Positions 38,687-48,632 of a DNA stretch of 64,000 nucleotides are shown in pieces. Made by a program: the position numbers and the translations under genes. How positions within the stretch are numbered: the stretch's first letter is position 1; the number at the start of each line of letters is the position of its first letter. Below the pieces are notes generated by a model, which was not told the DNA's origin, did not search any database, and saw only the letters and a list, made by a program, of their open reading frames with translations. Source of the stretch: a virus; the IMG/VR virus record IMGVR_UViG_3300032286_000719, positions 32,001 through 96,000 of that record, one strand, 5' to 3'.

Positions 38687-39762
38687 TACAAATCAAATAA
38701 GTCAGTTGGTGGTGTAGGAGCAACTAATTCTTCATCCTCTACTTCTATTTCCTCAATAGGAAGATCAGCTTCGTTAATCTTAGCTATAATCTTCTCTCTT
38801 AGTTCATCATAGAATTCTGGATTGTCTACAACAAGCTGCTTGAATTCATCTAAGTCATACTTAGTTCCATCAATAGTCATTGTCTTACCATACTTTCTAC
38901 CTATCTCAAATTCATTAAGAAGGCTCATCATCTCATCAAGAATATCAATACCCTTGCCATATACAATCTCAAACTCTGATTTTCTATATGGAGGAGACAT
39001 TTTGTTCTTGATAGCTTTCAACTTGGTAATGTTACCATAGTTTACATCACCTTCTTTAGCCAATGTTCTAGACACTTCTATACGAACATCTGCATAGAAT
39101 TTCAATGCATGACCACCCTGAGTTGTTGTAGGATTACCAAACATAACACCTATCTTCTCTCTATATTGGGATATTACGATAACACATGTGTTATGTTGTG
39201 ATAGAGCACCTTTTAACTTTGGATAAGCATTACTGTTCAATAAAGCTTTTCTACCTATTGTAGAGTCTCCTACATCACCATCAAGCATCTTTTTAGGAAT
39301 CAATGATGAATCTGAATCTATGATTACAAGATCAATCTCTCCTGTGTTAATCATTTCCATAGCAATGTTGAAACCCTCTTCACCACATGATGGTTGAGCA
39401 ATCAACATTTTGGTTGTGTCCACTCCTAATTTCTTGAAGTAGTTCTTATCAACAGCATGCTCACCATCGATATACAATACAGTACCTCCTAGTTTCTGAC
39501 ATTCTGCTGCAGCATGCCCACAGATTGTAGACTTACCTGTACCTTCCCATCCCATAAGCTCATATAGCTTACCTTTTACAAACCCTCCTACACCAAGAGT
39601 GATGTGATCAAAACCAATACTCCCTGTACTGATAACATCATAATCTCCTCCTGCTTTAGAGTCTAGTGCTAGAATTGAACCAACACCATACTTCTTGTTT
39701 AAACTTTCGATTGCTGCTAGACATTTGCTTTCAGCTTCTTTTTTTTCTGCTTTCTTTGCCAT
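38686..39762 (-). CDS. recA: RecA recombinase
   Basis: ISTGS; GWEGTGKST; IDGEHA; SQYREKIGVMFGNPTTTQGGHALKFYA; KNKMSPPY. Confidence 0.95.
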   Translation of the reverse strand: MAKKAEKKEAESKCLAAIESLNKKYGVGSILALDSKAGGDYDVISTGSIGFDHITLGVGGFVKGKLYELMGWEGTGKSTICGHAAAECQKLGGTVLYIDGEHAVDKNYFKKLGVDTTKMLIAQPSCGEEGFNIAMEMINTGEIDLVIIDSDSSLIPKKMLDGDVGDSTIGRKALLNSNAYPKLKGALSQHNTCVIVISQYREKIGVMFGNPTTTQGGHALKFYADVRIEVSRTLAKEGDVNYGNITKLKAIKNKMSPPYRKSEFEIVYGKGIDILDEMMSLLNEFEIGRKYGKTMTIDGTKYDLDEFKQLVVDNPEFYDELREKIIAKINEADLPIEEIEVEDEELVAPTPPTDLFDL

Positions 39763-39786
39763 TATTTAATTGTTTTAATTATTGTT

Positions 39787-39794
39787 TAAAGTTA
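39787..39794 (-). promoter_or_regulatory. Putative promoter element TAACTTTA upstream of recA
   Basis: TAnnTTTA variant about 25 nt before the start codon. Confidence 0.35.
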
Positions 39795-39907
39795 CTAATT
39801 TTTTTTGTTATTGTCAAGTTTTTTCCATCATTTACTTGACTTTTTGTGGTAAGATAGACCCCAATTTTTAGGGTTTATTTATCTATGATTGGTAATTAAT
39901 TGAGGTT

Positions 39908-39936
39908 AAAAAAGCCCCAGATTTCTCTAGGGCCTT
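39908..39936 (-). terminator. Intrinsic terminator
   Basis: Minus strand GCCCTAG-AGAAAT-CTGGGGC followed by TTTTTT. Confidence 0.65.
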
Positions 39937-39968
39937 TCCAGCAATTAAAAAACAGAACAGAAATTAAA

Positions 39969-40136
39969 TCAATCCACCCTTAGAGTGGTATTTCCTTTTA
40001 TACGTTCATTGTATGGGCAGTGCGTACACTTACCACCACAACATGGACCTCTTTCTTTAAGATATTCTTTAGTAAACACAACTCTCCCATCTTCTAAATA
40101 GTAGTCTTTTCCTTCTACAAACTGTTTATCTTCCAT
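39969..40136 (-). CDS. DUF5522-like Cys-rich small protein (not in ORF track)
   Basis: 55 aa; DYY.EDG..VFT..YL..RG.CCG..C.HCPY. Confidence 0.75.
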   Translation of the reverse strand: MEDKQFVEGKDYYLEDGRVVFTKEYLKERGPCCGGKCTHCPYNERIKGNTTLRVD

Positions 40137-40306
40137 TATATAGAATTTTTTCTATTCATTGATGAATGGACAATGATTTCTCCTTTCTTAAATAATCTAT
40201 CAACACTAGTGATGTTTAGATTAAACATACTTGAAATTTCTAAAGATGTCAGTGTAGGATATCTTTCTTTATATTCAAATATTAGAAGTTGAGTTTTGAT
40301 TGTCAT
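40136..40306 (-). CDS. Small HTH-like protein (not in ORF track)
   Basis: 56-aa coupled ORF; YPTLTSLEISSMFNLNITSVDRL. Confidence 0.5.
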   Translation of the reverse strand: MTIKTQLLIFEYKERYPTLTSLEISSMFNLNITSVDRLFKKGEIIVHSSMNRKNSI

Positions 40307-40547
40307 TGTTTCTAATTTGTTTTAATATTACACTCTCATCTTCATATACATATCTATACTTAGATTCTCTATATTGATCTAATATGAAAGCGTTATCATG
40401 TTTAGTAAGTCTTCTAAAGAATATTCCTTTATCATTATGTGTTTCTACAGCTAGAATGAATCTGCTGTCATCATATCCACAAACTACACCAGAATAATTA
40501 GAATGCGTTACTACTTTTTCTTTATACTGATTGAATAGGCGTTCCAT
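40275..40547 (-). CDS. Hypothetical protein
   Basis: 90-aa ORF in operon. Confidence 0.55.
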   Translation of the reverse strand: MERLFNQYKEKVVTHSNYSGVVCGYDDSRFILAVETHNDKGIFFRRLTKHDNAFILDQYRESKYRYVYEDESVILKQIRNNDNQNSTSNI

Positions 40548-40860
40548 CTTTACTTAGGTTTAAGCTCTTCAATCTGTTCTCTAACTCATATTCCACCTTT
40601 AGAATAAAGTTGATCTTTTCTTCGAGCTCTTGGTTAATAATTCTACCTACAAATGGCAATATGTCTTCAAGGTTTGTATACACTCTGGCTAATCCATATT
40701 TAGTCTTTACTTGACTAAATTCAAATCCTGGAATCTTTATAAGATCATTAAATATTTGATCTACATATATAAGTACAGAGGGCTCATTGATATCCATTCC
40801 ATAATGGCCTTCTTCAATGTATTCCTTATACTTCTCGTTAAATTCTTTGCTTGTTCTCAT
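40522..40860 (-). CDS. Hypothetical protein
   Basis: 112 aa; QVKTKYG.R.Y motif common in phage proteins. Confidence 0.6.
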   Translation of the reverse strand: MRTSKEFNEKYKEYIEEGHYGMDINEPSVLIYVDQIFNDLIKIPGFEFSQVKTKYGLARVYTNLEDILPFVGRIINQELEEKINFILKVEYELENRLKSLNLSKDGTPIQSV

Positions 40861-40876
40861 TGGTTTTTAAAATTGT

Positions 40877-40903
40877 AGGGAGACAAATATAATTCATCTC
40901 CCT
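40877..40903 (-). promoter_or_regulatory. Hairpin-embedded TATATTTG promoter motif
   Basis: Minus strand AGGGAGATGAAT-TAT-ATTTGTCTCCCT. Confidence 0.6.
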
Positions 40904-40915
40904 GATTAATCCTAA

Positions 40916-41335
40916 TTATTCTTCTACTATTTCCTCACCTGTCACTTCTATTTCTTCAACAACAGGTGTTAGTTTATTCTCTAAGATTTCAAAAGCTTTT
41001 TCTATAGCAGCATGTTCTGCTTCTTTTCTAGATTTACAAACACTGTTTTGAGTATGTCCAGGAGATATTTCCCAGCTCCATTCTACAATTTTATTAGCAG
41101 ACTTTTCTATGTTTATACATATATCATTTTCATCAAATACATCAAATAGTATTCTGACGTTCACATCAATCAACTTACCCACTTTATCATCTTCTATTCC
41201 TTGCTCAAGCATAAACTGCTTGAATTCCTCAGGAACGCTCTGATCTTTAAATGATTCTAACATTGATCTCATAAACCAATCTTTAACTATATTTTTAGCT
41301 AAAGGGTATTTTTCTAAAAGTTCTAATCCAGTCAT
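40916..41335 (-). CDS. Hypothetical protein
   Basis: 139 aa; SRKEAE.AAI.KAFEIL motif. Confidence 0.6.
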   Translation of the reverse strand: MTGLELLEKYPLAKNIVKDWFMRSMLESFKDQSVPEEFKQFMLEQGIEDDKVGKLIDVNVRILFDVFDENDICINIEKSANKIVEWSWEISPGHTQNSVCKSRKEAEHAAIEKAFEILENKLTPVVEEIEVTGEEIVEE

Positions 41336-41336
41336 A

Positions 41337-41540
41337 TTATTTTGTTTTTAATTGTTTATTTAATTCTTTTGCTGCATCAGCCCACCAGTCTCTTTCGAAA
41401 TCAAGTTCACTGAGTGGATCAAGATCTTTACATGCATTATATCTAATGTCATACATTAGACTTGCTAGGCGACAGAATTCTGCAGCTTTCTCTGTCCCCA
41501 CTTCTTCTATAATAACTTCTAACACTTCTCTGTTGCACAT
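41337..41540 (-). CDS. Hypothetical protein
   Basis: 67-aa ORF. Confidence 0.5.
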   Translation of the reverse strand: MCNREVLEVIIEEVGTEKAAEFCRLASLMYDIRYNACKDLDPLSELDFERDWWADAAKELNKQLKTK

Positions 41541-42097
41541 AGTTCTTTTATTTTATCGATTTCTAAAGTTTCTTTTGTTTCATCAAATATATCCCAGAGC
41601 TCATAATCTTCTCCAAGAGTTATCTTTAAATTCATACCAAGTCTTTCTTCCCAATACTCAATTAAATCATCAGTTCTCATAAAAACTCTAGCTTGCAAAC
41701 TCATTGCTTCTTTGATATCTCCTTCTCTAACAATCTTTACTAGTCTTGGAAATTCACTTTGAAAAGATTTTGATGTCTTAGAATATTTACCTTCCTTGAT
41801 AAGATTAAAATCCTTTTTATACTTATCATTAAGTTGATACACCACTACGACATACCCATCTTCATAATCATAATCCTCGATTACAGCTTTGGTTCTTTCA
41901 TATTCTTTATCTAAGAACTCTCTAAACTTATCAAGGTTTTCAGGTTTGAAGAGCACATACACAGAATTATCATATTGTATGTCTCTTTCACCATCTTTTA
42001 TATAGCCATTTATGAATCCATTTTCCTTTAAGTTTTCTTTAGGAATCTTAAGTGTAGGAACCATAAATATGCTAGTTATTGTTTTTTCTACTGTCAT
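41519..42097 (-). CDS. Hypothetical protein
   Basis: 192 aa; EGKYSK motif; follows the exonuclease gene. Confidence 0.6.
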   Translation of the reverse strand: MTVEKTITSIFMVPTLKIPKENLKENGFINGYIKDGERDIQYDNSVYVLFKPENLDKFREFLDKEYERTKAVIEDYDYEDGYVVVVYQLNDKYKKDFNLIKEGKYSKTSKSFQSEFPRLVKIVREGDIKEAMSLQARVFMRTDDLIEYWEERLGMNLKITLGEDYELWDIFDETKETLEIDKIKELCATEKC

Positions 42098-42098
42098 T

Positions 42099-43151
42099 TT
42101 ATCCTTTAATGTTTACCACGCCATTAGACAAATAGTTTTTGTGGCTTATAGTCCATGTACCAGTTGTTACACACCAAGACAATGCAGCAATAAGATCTCC
42201 CACACCAGGATAGGTTCTTCCTTTATGTACAAATCCTTCATATGCATCATTCATGTCATTTAGATCAAGAGTGTATATAAGAGGTTGATAGTAGTTTGTG
42301 CTATCACATACAATAAACTTCAGATATTCTACATTATACCCATAATAAGGACTGTCTTCATCTCTTACAAGATGTATCATTGCATGAAAATATAAGTACG
42401 CTTGGATGTACGCTCTCCTGTACAAGTAATATTCTTCATAGAAGTTTTCTACACTCCATGTACATTTAAGATCATATGGTTGTATAGTCTTTTCTTTATG
42501 ATCTATCACCACTTTATCAAGCATACTCTTAAATGGATGCTCATCGATTGTATATCCTTCCACTTGCATCTGGTCTATGATTTCATATCTAGAGCTATTA
42601 GTCAAGTTTACAATTGGTGCTGTTGTAGTGTTGATTCTAAGCTGTTCTACAATCTTCTCAGCAATAGATATTTCCATTGTATTCACCACTGTCAAATTCT
42701 TGCTTCTAACAGTACGTATTTCATTGTAATAGATCTCAGCATCACTTCCTACAAACTTACTTATTACAGCTTCATATTTGATTTTGAATCCAGAATCTTT
42801 ATATGCTGCTTCTAATAATTCATTCATAGGTGTTTTCACTATACCATCTTCATCTGTAGCATCTCTTGTATGTTTATACAATGCCTCAACAAAGTCTAGC
42901 ATAAGTCCTGTTGGTGCAGAAGTACAAGATGACATATAAAACTTATCATCAAATAGATGAGGTTCCATAAGTAGGGTTTCGACTATGCGACCCATATTAG
43001 CTGATGAGCTATCTTTGTCTTCTACCTTCTCTCCAAGAATGTATTTCTTGTAATACTTCTTTCTGTCTTGAGAGAAATCTTTCAATGAACTAGAGCTGTC
43101 CATTTCCACTGCTCTGTATTGAGCTTCTGTTTTTGCTGTTCCTTTTATCAT
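42099..43151 (-). CDS. PD-(D/E)xK exonuclease (RecB/Cas4-like)
   Basis: SSSSLK...G..VE; KSMLDKVV.D....IQPYDLK; Y.QAYLY. Confidence 0.75.
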   Translation of the reverse strand: MIKGTAKTEAQYRAVEMDSSSSLKDFSQDRKKYYKKYILGEKVEDKDSSSANMGRIVETLLMEPHLFDDKFYMSSCTSAPTGLMLDFVEALYKHTRDATDEDGIVKTPMNELLEAAYKDSGFKIKYEAVISKFVGSDAEIYYNEIRTVRSKNLTVVNTMEISIAEKIVEQLRINTTTAPIVNLTNSSRYEIIDQMQVEGYTIDEHPFKSMLDKVVIDHKEKTIQPYDLKCTWSVENFYEEYYLYRRAYIQAYLYFHAMIHLVRDEDSPYYGYNVEYLKFIVCDSTNYYQPLIYTLDLNDMNDAYEGFVHKGRTYPGVGDLIAALSWCVTTGTWTISHKNYLSNGVVNIKG

Positions 43152-43378
43152 AATGTTTGTTTAAATGCTTCTATAATTTGTGGATACAAAGCTCGTATCT
43201 CCCTTGGTACTCTATTGAAAAACCATCTCACTTCTAATTCATACTGATCGCCATTTGGATCTAGTCCTTGTGGATGTATCAACCAGAAGTAATGATATTT
43301 TCCTTGATGCTCTATGTGACCTTCATGCCACACTTCGTTAAACGAAGGCTCTTTGTTAATCGTTATTGCATTCTTCAT
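43148..43378 (-). CDS. Hypothetical protein
   Basis: 76-aa ORF. Confidence 0.5.
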   Translation of the reverse strand: MKNAITINKEPSFNEVWHEGHIEHQGKYHYFWLIHPQGLDPNGDQYELEVRWFFNRVPREIRALYPQIIEAFKQTL

Positions 43379-43706
43379 CTTGTATTTGTTTTAAATCTTC
43401 ATCTATTCTTCTTAAAAATGATTCTTCACCATCATCTCCTGATATTAACCAATCCATTCTTTGTATATACACTTGAGCTATTTTAATAGCTTCAGCTGCC
43501 TTTTTAAACTGTTCAATCACTTCTTGAGGATATTCGTAGTGATTCAAGTCTTCTGGATATTTTTCATACCAGTCATCATCATGCCATCTTTCCTCTTTTA
43601 GTTCTTGTTCAGTTTTGGGCTTACCATTTTGTTTAATAAGCCTTTCTATGTCATCTATTACATCAGTAAATCTATACTGTATGTAGTCCCAATGTCCTCC
43701 ACTCAT
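43356..43706 (-). CDS. Hypothetical protein
   Basis: MSGGHWDY...DWLISGDDGEESF pattern. Confidence 0.6.
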   Translation of the reverse strand: MSGGHWDYIQYRFTDVIDDIERLIKQNGKPKTEQELKEERWHDDDWYEKYPEDLNHYEYPQEVIEQFKKAAEAIKIAQVYIQRMDWLISGDDGEESFLRRIDEDLKQIQDEECNND

Positions 43707-43939
43707 AACTCCACTGTATCAGGATTCCAAGGATATCCATATAATCTATAACGTGAGTCACCTGTTCCAAACCATTGGGATATGGAATCTCTCTCACTAA
43801 CAAGTTGTTCAGGAGATAGCGTCATTATATCTCCTTTATGCATAATCTCCATGTTTTTACCAAGTCTTATGCATTGTTTTACTTTTTCTTCTGTTACCTC
43901 AGCATTACCATTGTAAAGCTTTTTTGATTCTACTCTCAT
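43703..43939 (-). CDS. Hypothetical protein
   Basis: 78-aa coupled ORF. Confidence 0.5.
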   Translation of the reverse strand: MRVESKKLYNGNAEVTEEKVKQCIRLGKNMEIMHKGDIMTLSPEQLVSERDSISQWFGTGDSRYRLYGYPWNPDTVEL

Positions 43940-44325
43940 TTTGTTTTAATTTTAGATTGTTTTTCTTTTAATGTTTTTTTATCGTGACATGTAGTACACA
44001 AACATTGTAGGTTGTCTTGTTCACAGAACAATCTCTCCACAAACTGTGGCAGATCGTTAGCACAATTCAGACTACCTGCAGGAATGATATGATCTACATT
44101 GATATTCTTTTCAGGATGCCATGTTTTACACTTCTTACATTGGTATTCGTACTTCTGACGTTTATTTACACCCTTGTATAATCTACGTGCATTTATTTTA
44201 CATACTGATATGGGCTTCCACCATCTACTCTTCTGTCTCAAAGCACTTCTGATGAATGACCAAAACATTGCTTCGCTCATTGTACCATCACATCTTGTCT
44301 TTGGGACCAACACTCTCTTTGCCAT
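43936..44325 (-). CDS. HNH endonuclease
   Basis: IRSALR...W; CKKC; VDHIIP; NLQCLCTTCH..KT; start placed at MAKRV, downstream of the promoter hairpin. Confidence 0.8.
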   Translation of the reverse strand: MAKRVLVPKTRCDGTMSEAMFWSFIRSALRQKSRWWKPISVCKINARRLYKGVNKRQKYEYQCKKCKTWHPEKNINVDHIIPAGSLNCANDLPQFVERLFCEQDNLQCLCTTCHDKKTLKEKQSKIKTK

Positions 44326-44340
44326 GTAATTATAATTAAG

Positions 44341-44375
44341 TTTCGTCCCAAATTTAGTAAAAATCTGGGACAAAA
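44341..44375 (-). promoter_or_regulatory. Hairpin-embedded TAAATTTG promoter motif
   Basis: Minus strand TTTTGTCCCAGATTT-TTACT-AAATTTGGGACGAAA. Confidence 0.6.
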
Positions 44376-44386
44376 CTATAATTAAA

Positions 44387-45928
44387 TTACTTAATCGTAA
44401 CCACTCTGTCTTTTATCTTAGTTTTCATCTCACTAAGATTGGCAACAATCATGTTGATTTCTGATGCAGAAATCTGTGGTAGATTAAACTCGTACTTCTT
44501 AGCTTCAGCAGAGAATCCCTCTTTAACTTTTTCTGTTAGAGACTCTAACTCACGAATAGCATACTCTTCATCTAGTTGTAAGAAATCAAAGCTTCTGTCA
44601 TTCATGATCTGGTCTGCTTCAGCAACAGTAGTTAGCATGAATGGAAGATATTCCCAACATCTACCTTTCTCTCTACCAATACCTACCACCTTCATAGGAT
44701 TATGAAGAGTCATTACAGTAGTATCACCACAAAGAACATAAGGAGCTGTATATCCTGCAAAGTGTAATCCTGCTGTAGCACAATCTTGTGTAGACCAGTT
44801 ACATTCTTCCATAGGCATGCTTACAACTTGTCCAACACGAATGTCAAATGTTCTGGTATAGTTGTCAGTGAATCTATTCTCTTCTCTATTAGGAAGATCT
44901 AGATATAGTTCTGTCAACCCACCTATTCTTTGACCATGTTCTACAGGAATTTCTTCTTCATAAGTATATTCTTCCACTATTCCTGTTCCATCACAGTTTT
45001 CACAGTCTTCCCAATCATCATCTCCCATTTCTTCATCAAAGTCAGTATACCATCCACCTGCACCATTGCAATTAGGACAATCATCAGATGTAACTTTATG
45101 AACAATTACAAGAGCAGAATCATGTACAAGTTTGTACTCACCATCTTCTAAGAATACAGTGTAGTGATCAGGATTCTTCTTCCATACAGCTTTCACCTTG
45201 TTATAAGCATTGCTCACAAAATTTACAAGCTCTGGAGAACCATGTAGTGTAACAACATTACGAAGAGCTACAAAGAATCCTTGTTTAGTAATCTTGAACT
45301 TATTCTCTGTTAAGAATCTGTATAGTTCATGTGCCACTTCAGCTCTTGGATTAAGACAACACCACATGAAGAAGTTCTTATGTGCTAGATACTCATCATC
45401 TTGCATCAATTGGTCACTAAACACTTCTTGAGAAGGTTCATTAGCCACTCTATCAACTATCTCAATGAATTTCTCCACAAGTAATTGAGGAAGACTTCTA
45501 GATGTTCCTGCTAAATAGACAGTGTTACCTTCCACTGTAAAATCAGGAAGAACAGCAAGTATCTGAATACCCTGTTGTAATGCTTTGATTCTAGCAGTTT
45601 CAGCTTTTGCTTTCTCTACATCAGCCATCACTTCTGCAGAAGACATAATAGCTAAGATTTCTTCTACAGATGTAGCTTCTGCTACAGCATAGAAATCATC
45701 TTCACATGCATTAGGTTTGCTAAGAATAGCACCATCGTTTAACACTACAGTGAGAGTGTCATTTACTATCTTCATACTGAAGTATTGTCGTTGAGGTTTT
45801 GCTGTACACTTTTGGTCAAGTGGAACATCTTGTTCCATAAGACTATCTAACTTGTTTGCAATCACTCTGTCAATTGACACTTCCACTTTGCTCTTGAACC
45901 AGTCAAGACTTAAAAATTTGTTTTCCAT
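44387..45928 (-). CDS. rIIB-like protein with inserted CxxCxGxG zinc finger
   Basis: LNP....ELYRFL....ITKQG.FVA.R; G.VVSMP..EC......C..GLH; NP..VV; GRC.EY; follows rIIA-like gene. Confidence 0.7.
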   Translation of the reverse strand: MENKFLSLDWFKSKVEVSIDRVIANKLDSLMEQDVPLDQKCTAKPQRQYFSMKIVNDTLTVVLNDGAILSKPNACEDDFYAVAEATSVEEILAIMSSAEVMADVEKAKAETARIKALQQGIQILAVLPDFTVEGNTVYLAGTSRSLPQLLVEKFIEIVDRVANEPSQEVFSDQLMQDDEYLAHKNFFMWCCLNPRAEVAHELYRFLTENKFKITKQGFFVALRNVVTLHGSPELVNFVSNAYNKVKAVWKKNPDHYTVFLEDGEYKLVHDSALVIVHKVTSDDCPNCNGAGGWYTDFDEEMGDDDWEDCENCDGTGIVEEYTYEEEIPVEHGQRIGGLTELYLDLPNREENRFTDNYTRTFDIRVGQVVSMPMEECNWSTQDCATAGLHFAGYTAPYVLCGDTTVMTLHNPMKVVGIGREKGRCWEYLPFMLTTVAEADQIMNDRSFDFLQLDEEYAIRELESLTEKVKEGFSAEAKKYEFNLPQISASEINMIVANLSEMKTKIKDRVVTIK

Positions 45929-45938
45929 TTTTATTTAA

Positions 45939-48275
45939 TTAATTGTTGTTTACTAATAATTCTAATTCTTCTTCTGATAACACTTCTTCATTAAGTCTAA
46001 TGTTGTAGTGTTTAAGATCCACTCTGTATCTGTAATACTTGAATAGATCAGATAGTACATTTACAAGAGGATTTTTGTCATCATAAAACCCTACACCTGC
46101 CATAAATGGATTCAAGAAAGGAAGCTTATCAAATATCTCTTGTAGCTCAATCACTTCAGGATAGATTGTCATATCAAACAACTTATTCTCTTCAGCAACA
46201 GCTAACATAGACTCTAAGAATTCTTTAGCTGTACCACTGCCACCTGAATAACTAGGTAAGTAATAATTGTCAGATGCATACTTAGATAACATTGCTAATC
46301 TCTTTTGTAGAGGTGTAGATGTGAATCCCACTTGATTAGATCTATCAAATGTAGCTCTATATTTATCAATCATCTTTTTGATTAGATAAGCTGTAGCCAT
46401 ACGTTTGAATGGTTTGTTTTTCCCTTCCATAAATTGTTCTAATGATATTAAGTTATGTATTTCTGAATCTTTTACGATGTTTAGTTCTCTCTGAGAGAAT
46501 GTAACCACCTTCATCTTTTGTTTCTGTATGCAACCATAAAAAGCATCAAGCTTCATATAGTCATCATGATGTGTATACACCTTAAGATTCTTATCAGATT
46601 CTAGTTTCTCCAACTTATATATTGCAGGAACGAATTTACAGTTTCTACCATCACTAAATTTCTGAAGTTCATCAGCTTCTTTACCATTGATTTCTCCTTT
46701 AAGCTTTTGTCTTCTAACACCAGGTATACCAGTTCCAATTGCAGATGGTTTAATCTTTTTCTTGCTATCAACAAATTGCTGTGGCACCTCAAGAGCATCT
46801 AGATCTATGAAGTTGGCACTGATAAGAGATATCACATGTTGATACTCTTCTATCACTTGTCTCCATTGATGTTTTGGATAAGACTTAAGACCTAATGCAT
46901 GATAATACGTAGTGTTGTCAAACTTAGCAGGATGACCTAATGTCATAGGTTTAGCTGGCTTAACAAAGAAATTATTATCACTCTCTTTACATGTAGCTCT
47001 TAGATAGTCTTTCTTGATTCCAGGAATTCTATCTTGATACAAATACACTTTAGCACTTCCATTACATATACTTTCGATATTGTATCCATACACATAATGT
47101 TTCTCCATGTCATGCATTCTCTTATATCTCAAAGAGTATTTACATTTGTATGAATTATTTAAGAGAAACTGCTTATGTGCTCTATATACAGAAGGAAAAT
47201 CCAAAATCTTTACTCCTTCTAGTTTAGGAATAGCTGGCTGGATAGTAGAGAACTTAACAAATGAATCAATTCTTTCCTTCTGACCATTCTCAAGAGTTAA
47301 ATAATATCCATTCTTCTCAAGATAGTTGATAACAGACTTGATGTCATTACCATCTTCTATAGCTTCATTGTATTTAGTAACAAAATAATCAGCTACATCA
47401 GCAAGTTTTTGTTTAATTATCACTTTGGCCTCTTGTGTATAACGCAATGATTCTCTGTTTGGTGTTGGATATAGTCCATCACTCAATGAAAATCTAAGAG
47501 CTACAGGAAAATCAATTCTATCAATACCAAGCTTCTCAAAGTCTAAAGGATAATAAACATTGTCTAGACATATGTGTAATCTATCATCTGTAGACATTTC
47601 AGAAAACTGGAAGTGCTCATGTCTACTAATGATGAACTCATTAGTGATAGATGAATCTTCTGGTACATCAAAGTATACACTCTCGAAATAACAAAGTTGT
47701 TCTTTAATCTTTTTATGGAACTGCCATTTGTCACTGTACTTAACAGGAATAATGATTTTTACACCATTACGTTCTGTTGTTTCTTTCTCATATAAAAGAT
47801 CAATAGTGTTAGTATCTTCTCCTTCATACATCATATACTTACGTTCCATTCCATCTTTTCTACATACAAAATAGAAACTAGATGAATAAGCAAGAGGAGC
47901 TTTGAAACCTAAGCCCATCATACCAAGCTCTGTAGCACTATTACGTTTAGTAGACTTACCATACTTACTGATGATGTTCTTCACATCTTCAGCATCAAGA
48001 CCAATACCAAAATCTTCTACACAAAACTCGTAGTTGTTATAAGTAGATGCTTTGAATGATACAATGATTGGTTCATCAACACTAGCTCTTCTGTGACTGT
48101 CTAGTGCATTAGATGCACATTCTCTAATAGCAGAACCTATATCGTCTGAATACAGGTTCTTACTTAACATTTGCATAAGGATTTGTGCACTATCTAAGTC
48201 TAGTGACATTCCAATTGATTCCTGTGCTTGTCCATCAACTAGGACATTTGCTTCTTTCTGTTTTTCTAAAATCAT
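45939..48275 (-). CDS. rIIA-like protein with GHKL (HSP90-like) ATPase domain
   Basis: NLYSD...IRE..SNA.DSH; EDFGIGL; YGKSTKR; GMMGLGFK; PNRESL.YT. Confidence 0.8.
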   Translation of the reverse strand: MILEKQKEANVLVDGQAQESIGMSLDLDSAQILMQMLSKNLYSDDIGSAIRECASNALDSHRRASVDEPIIVSFKASTYNNYEFCVEDFGIGLDAEDVKNIISKYGKSTKRNSATELGMMGLGFKAPLAYSSSFYFVCRKDGMERKYMMYEGEDTNTIDLLYEKETTERNGVKIIIPVKYSDKWQFHKKIKEQLCYFESVYFDVPEDSSITNEFIISRHEHFQFSEMSTDDRLHICLDNVYYPLDFEKLGIDRIDFPVALRFSLSDGLYPTPNRESLRYTQEAKVIIKQKLADVADYFVTKYNEAIEDGNDIKSVINYLEKNGYYLTLENGQKERIDSFVKFSTIQPAIPKLEGVKILDFPSVYRAHKQFLLNNSYKCKYSLRYKRMHDMEKHYVYGYNIESICNGSAKVYLYQDRIPGIKKDYLRATCKESDNNFFVKPAKPMTLGHPAKFDNTTYYHALGLKSYPKHQWRQVIEEYQHVISLISANFIDLDALEVPQQFVDSKKKIKPSAIGTGIPGVRRQKLKGEINGKEADELQKFSDGRNCKFVPAIYKLEKLESDKNLKVYTHHDDYMKLDAFYGCIQKQKMKVVTFSQRELNIVKDSEIHNLISLEQFMEGKNKPFKRMATAYLIKKMIDKYRATFDRSNQVGFTSTPLQKRLAMLSKYASDNYYLPSYSGGSGTAKEFLESMLAVAEENKLFDMTIYPEVIELQEIFDKLPFLNPFMAGVGFYDDKNPLVNVLSDLFKYYRYRVDLKHYNIRLNEEVLSEEELELLVNNN

Positions 48276-48285
48276 TTTTCTAAGT

Positions 48286-48621
48286 TTAAATTTCTGTTCC
48301 TCTTTTAACTAACCAAATTTGTCTGTAATTAAGATCTTGTGACACTCTAAGATTGTGTCCATCAGGAGATGGTATCCATGTCTTATTCATTATTGTTTGA
48401 GTTACACCATTTCTATCAACATATGAACGACCTGCAACTACATCTTGTCTTGTTGTGCATCTAAAGTTTCCAAGCATTGGTTGTTTTGTATGCCAATTCA
48501 CTTTAGTTTTACTCATTGTTGGTGGTGTTAGCACTCTTAAATACTTGAAGTATGATTGACAAGATATCATTATCTCATCACCTACTTGTAAATCTTCTGC
48601 TTTAATTAATACGTTTTCCAT
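48286..48621 (-). CDS. Hypothetical protein
   Basis: 111 aa; DLQVGDEI SH3/KOW-like start. Confidence 0.55.
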   Translation of the reverse strand: MENVLIKAEDLQVGDEIMISCQSYFKYLRVLTPPTMSKTKVNWHTKQPMLGNFRCTTRQDVVAGRSYVDRNGVTQTIMNKTWIPSPDGHNLRVSQDLNYRQIWLVKRGTEI

Positions 48622-48632
48622 GTTTATAATTT

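Noticed and set aside
37562-44373. HNH genes as intron- or intein-associated homing elements
   Set aside because: They are free-standing in operons, and neighbouring genes (recA, phoH, polB, vRNAP) appear uninterrupted
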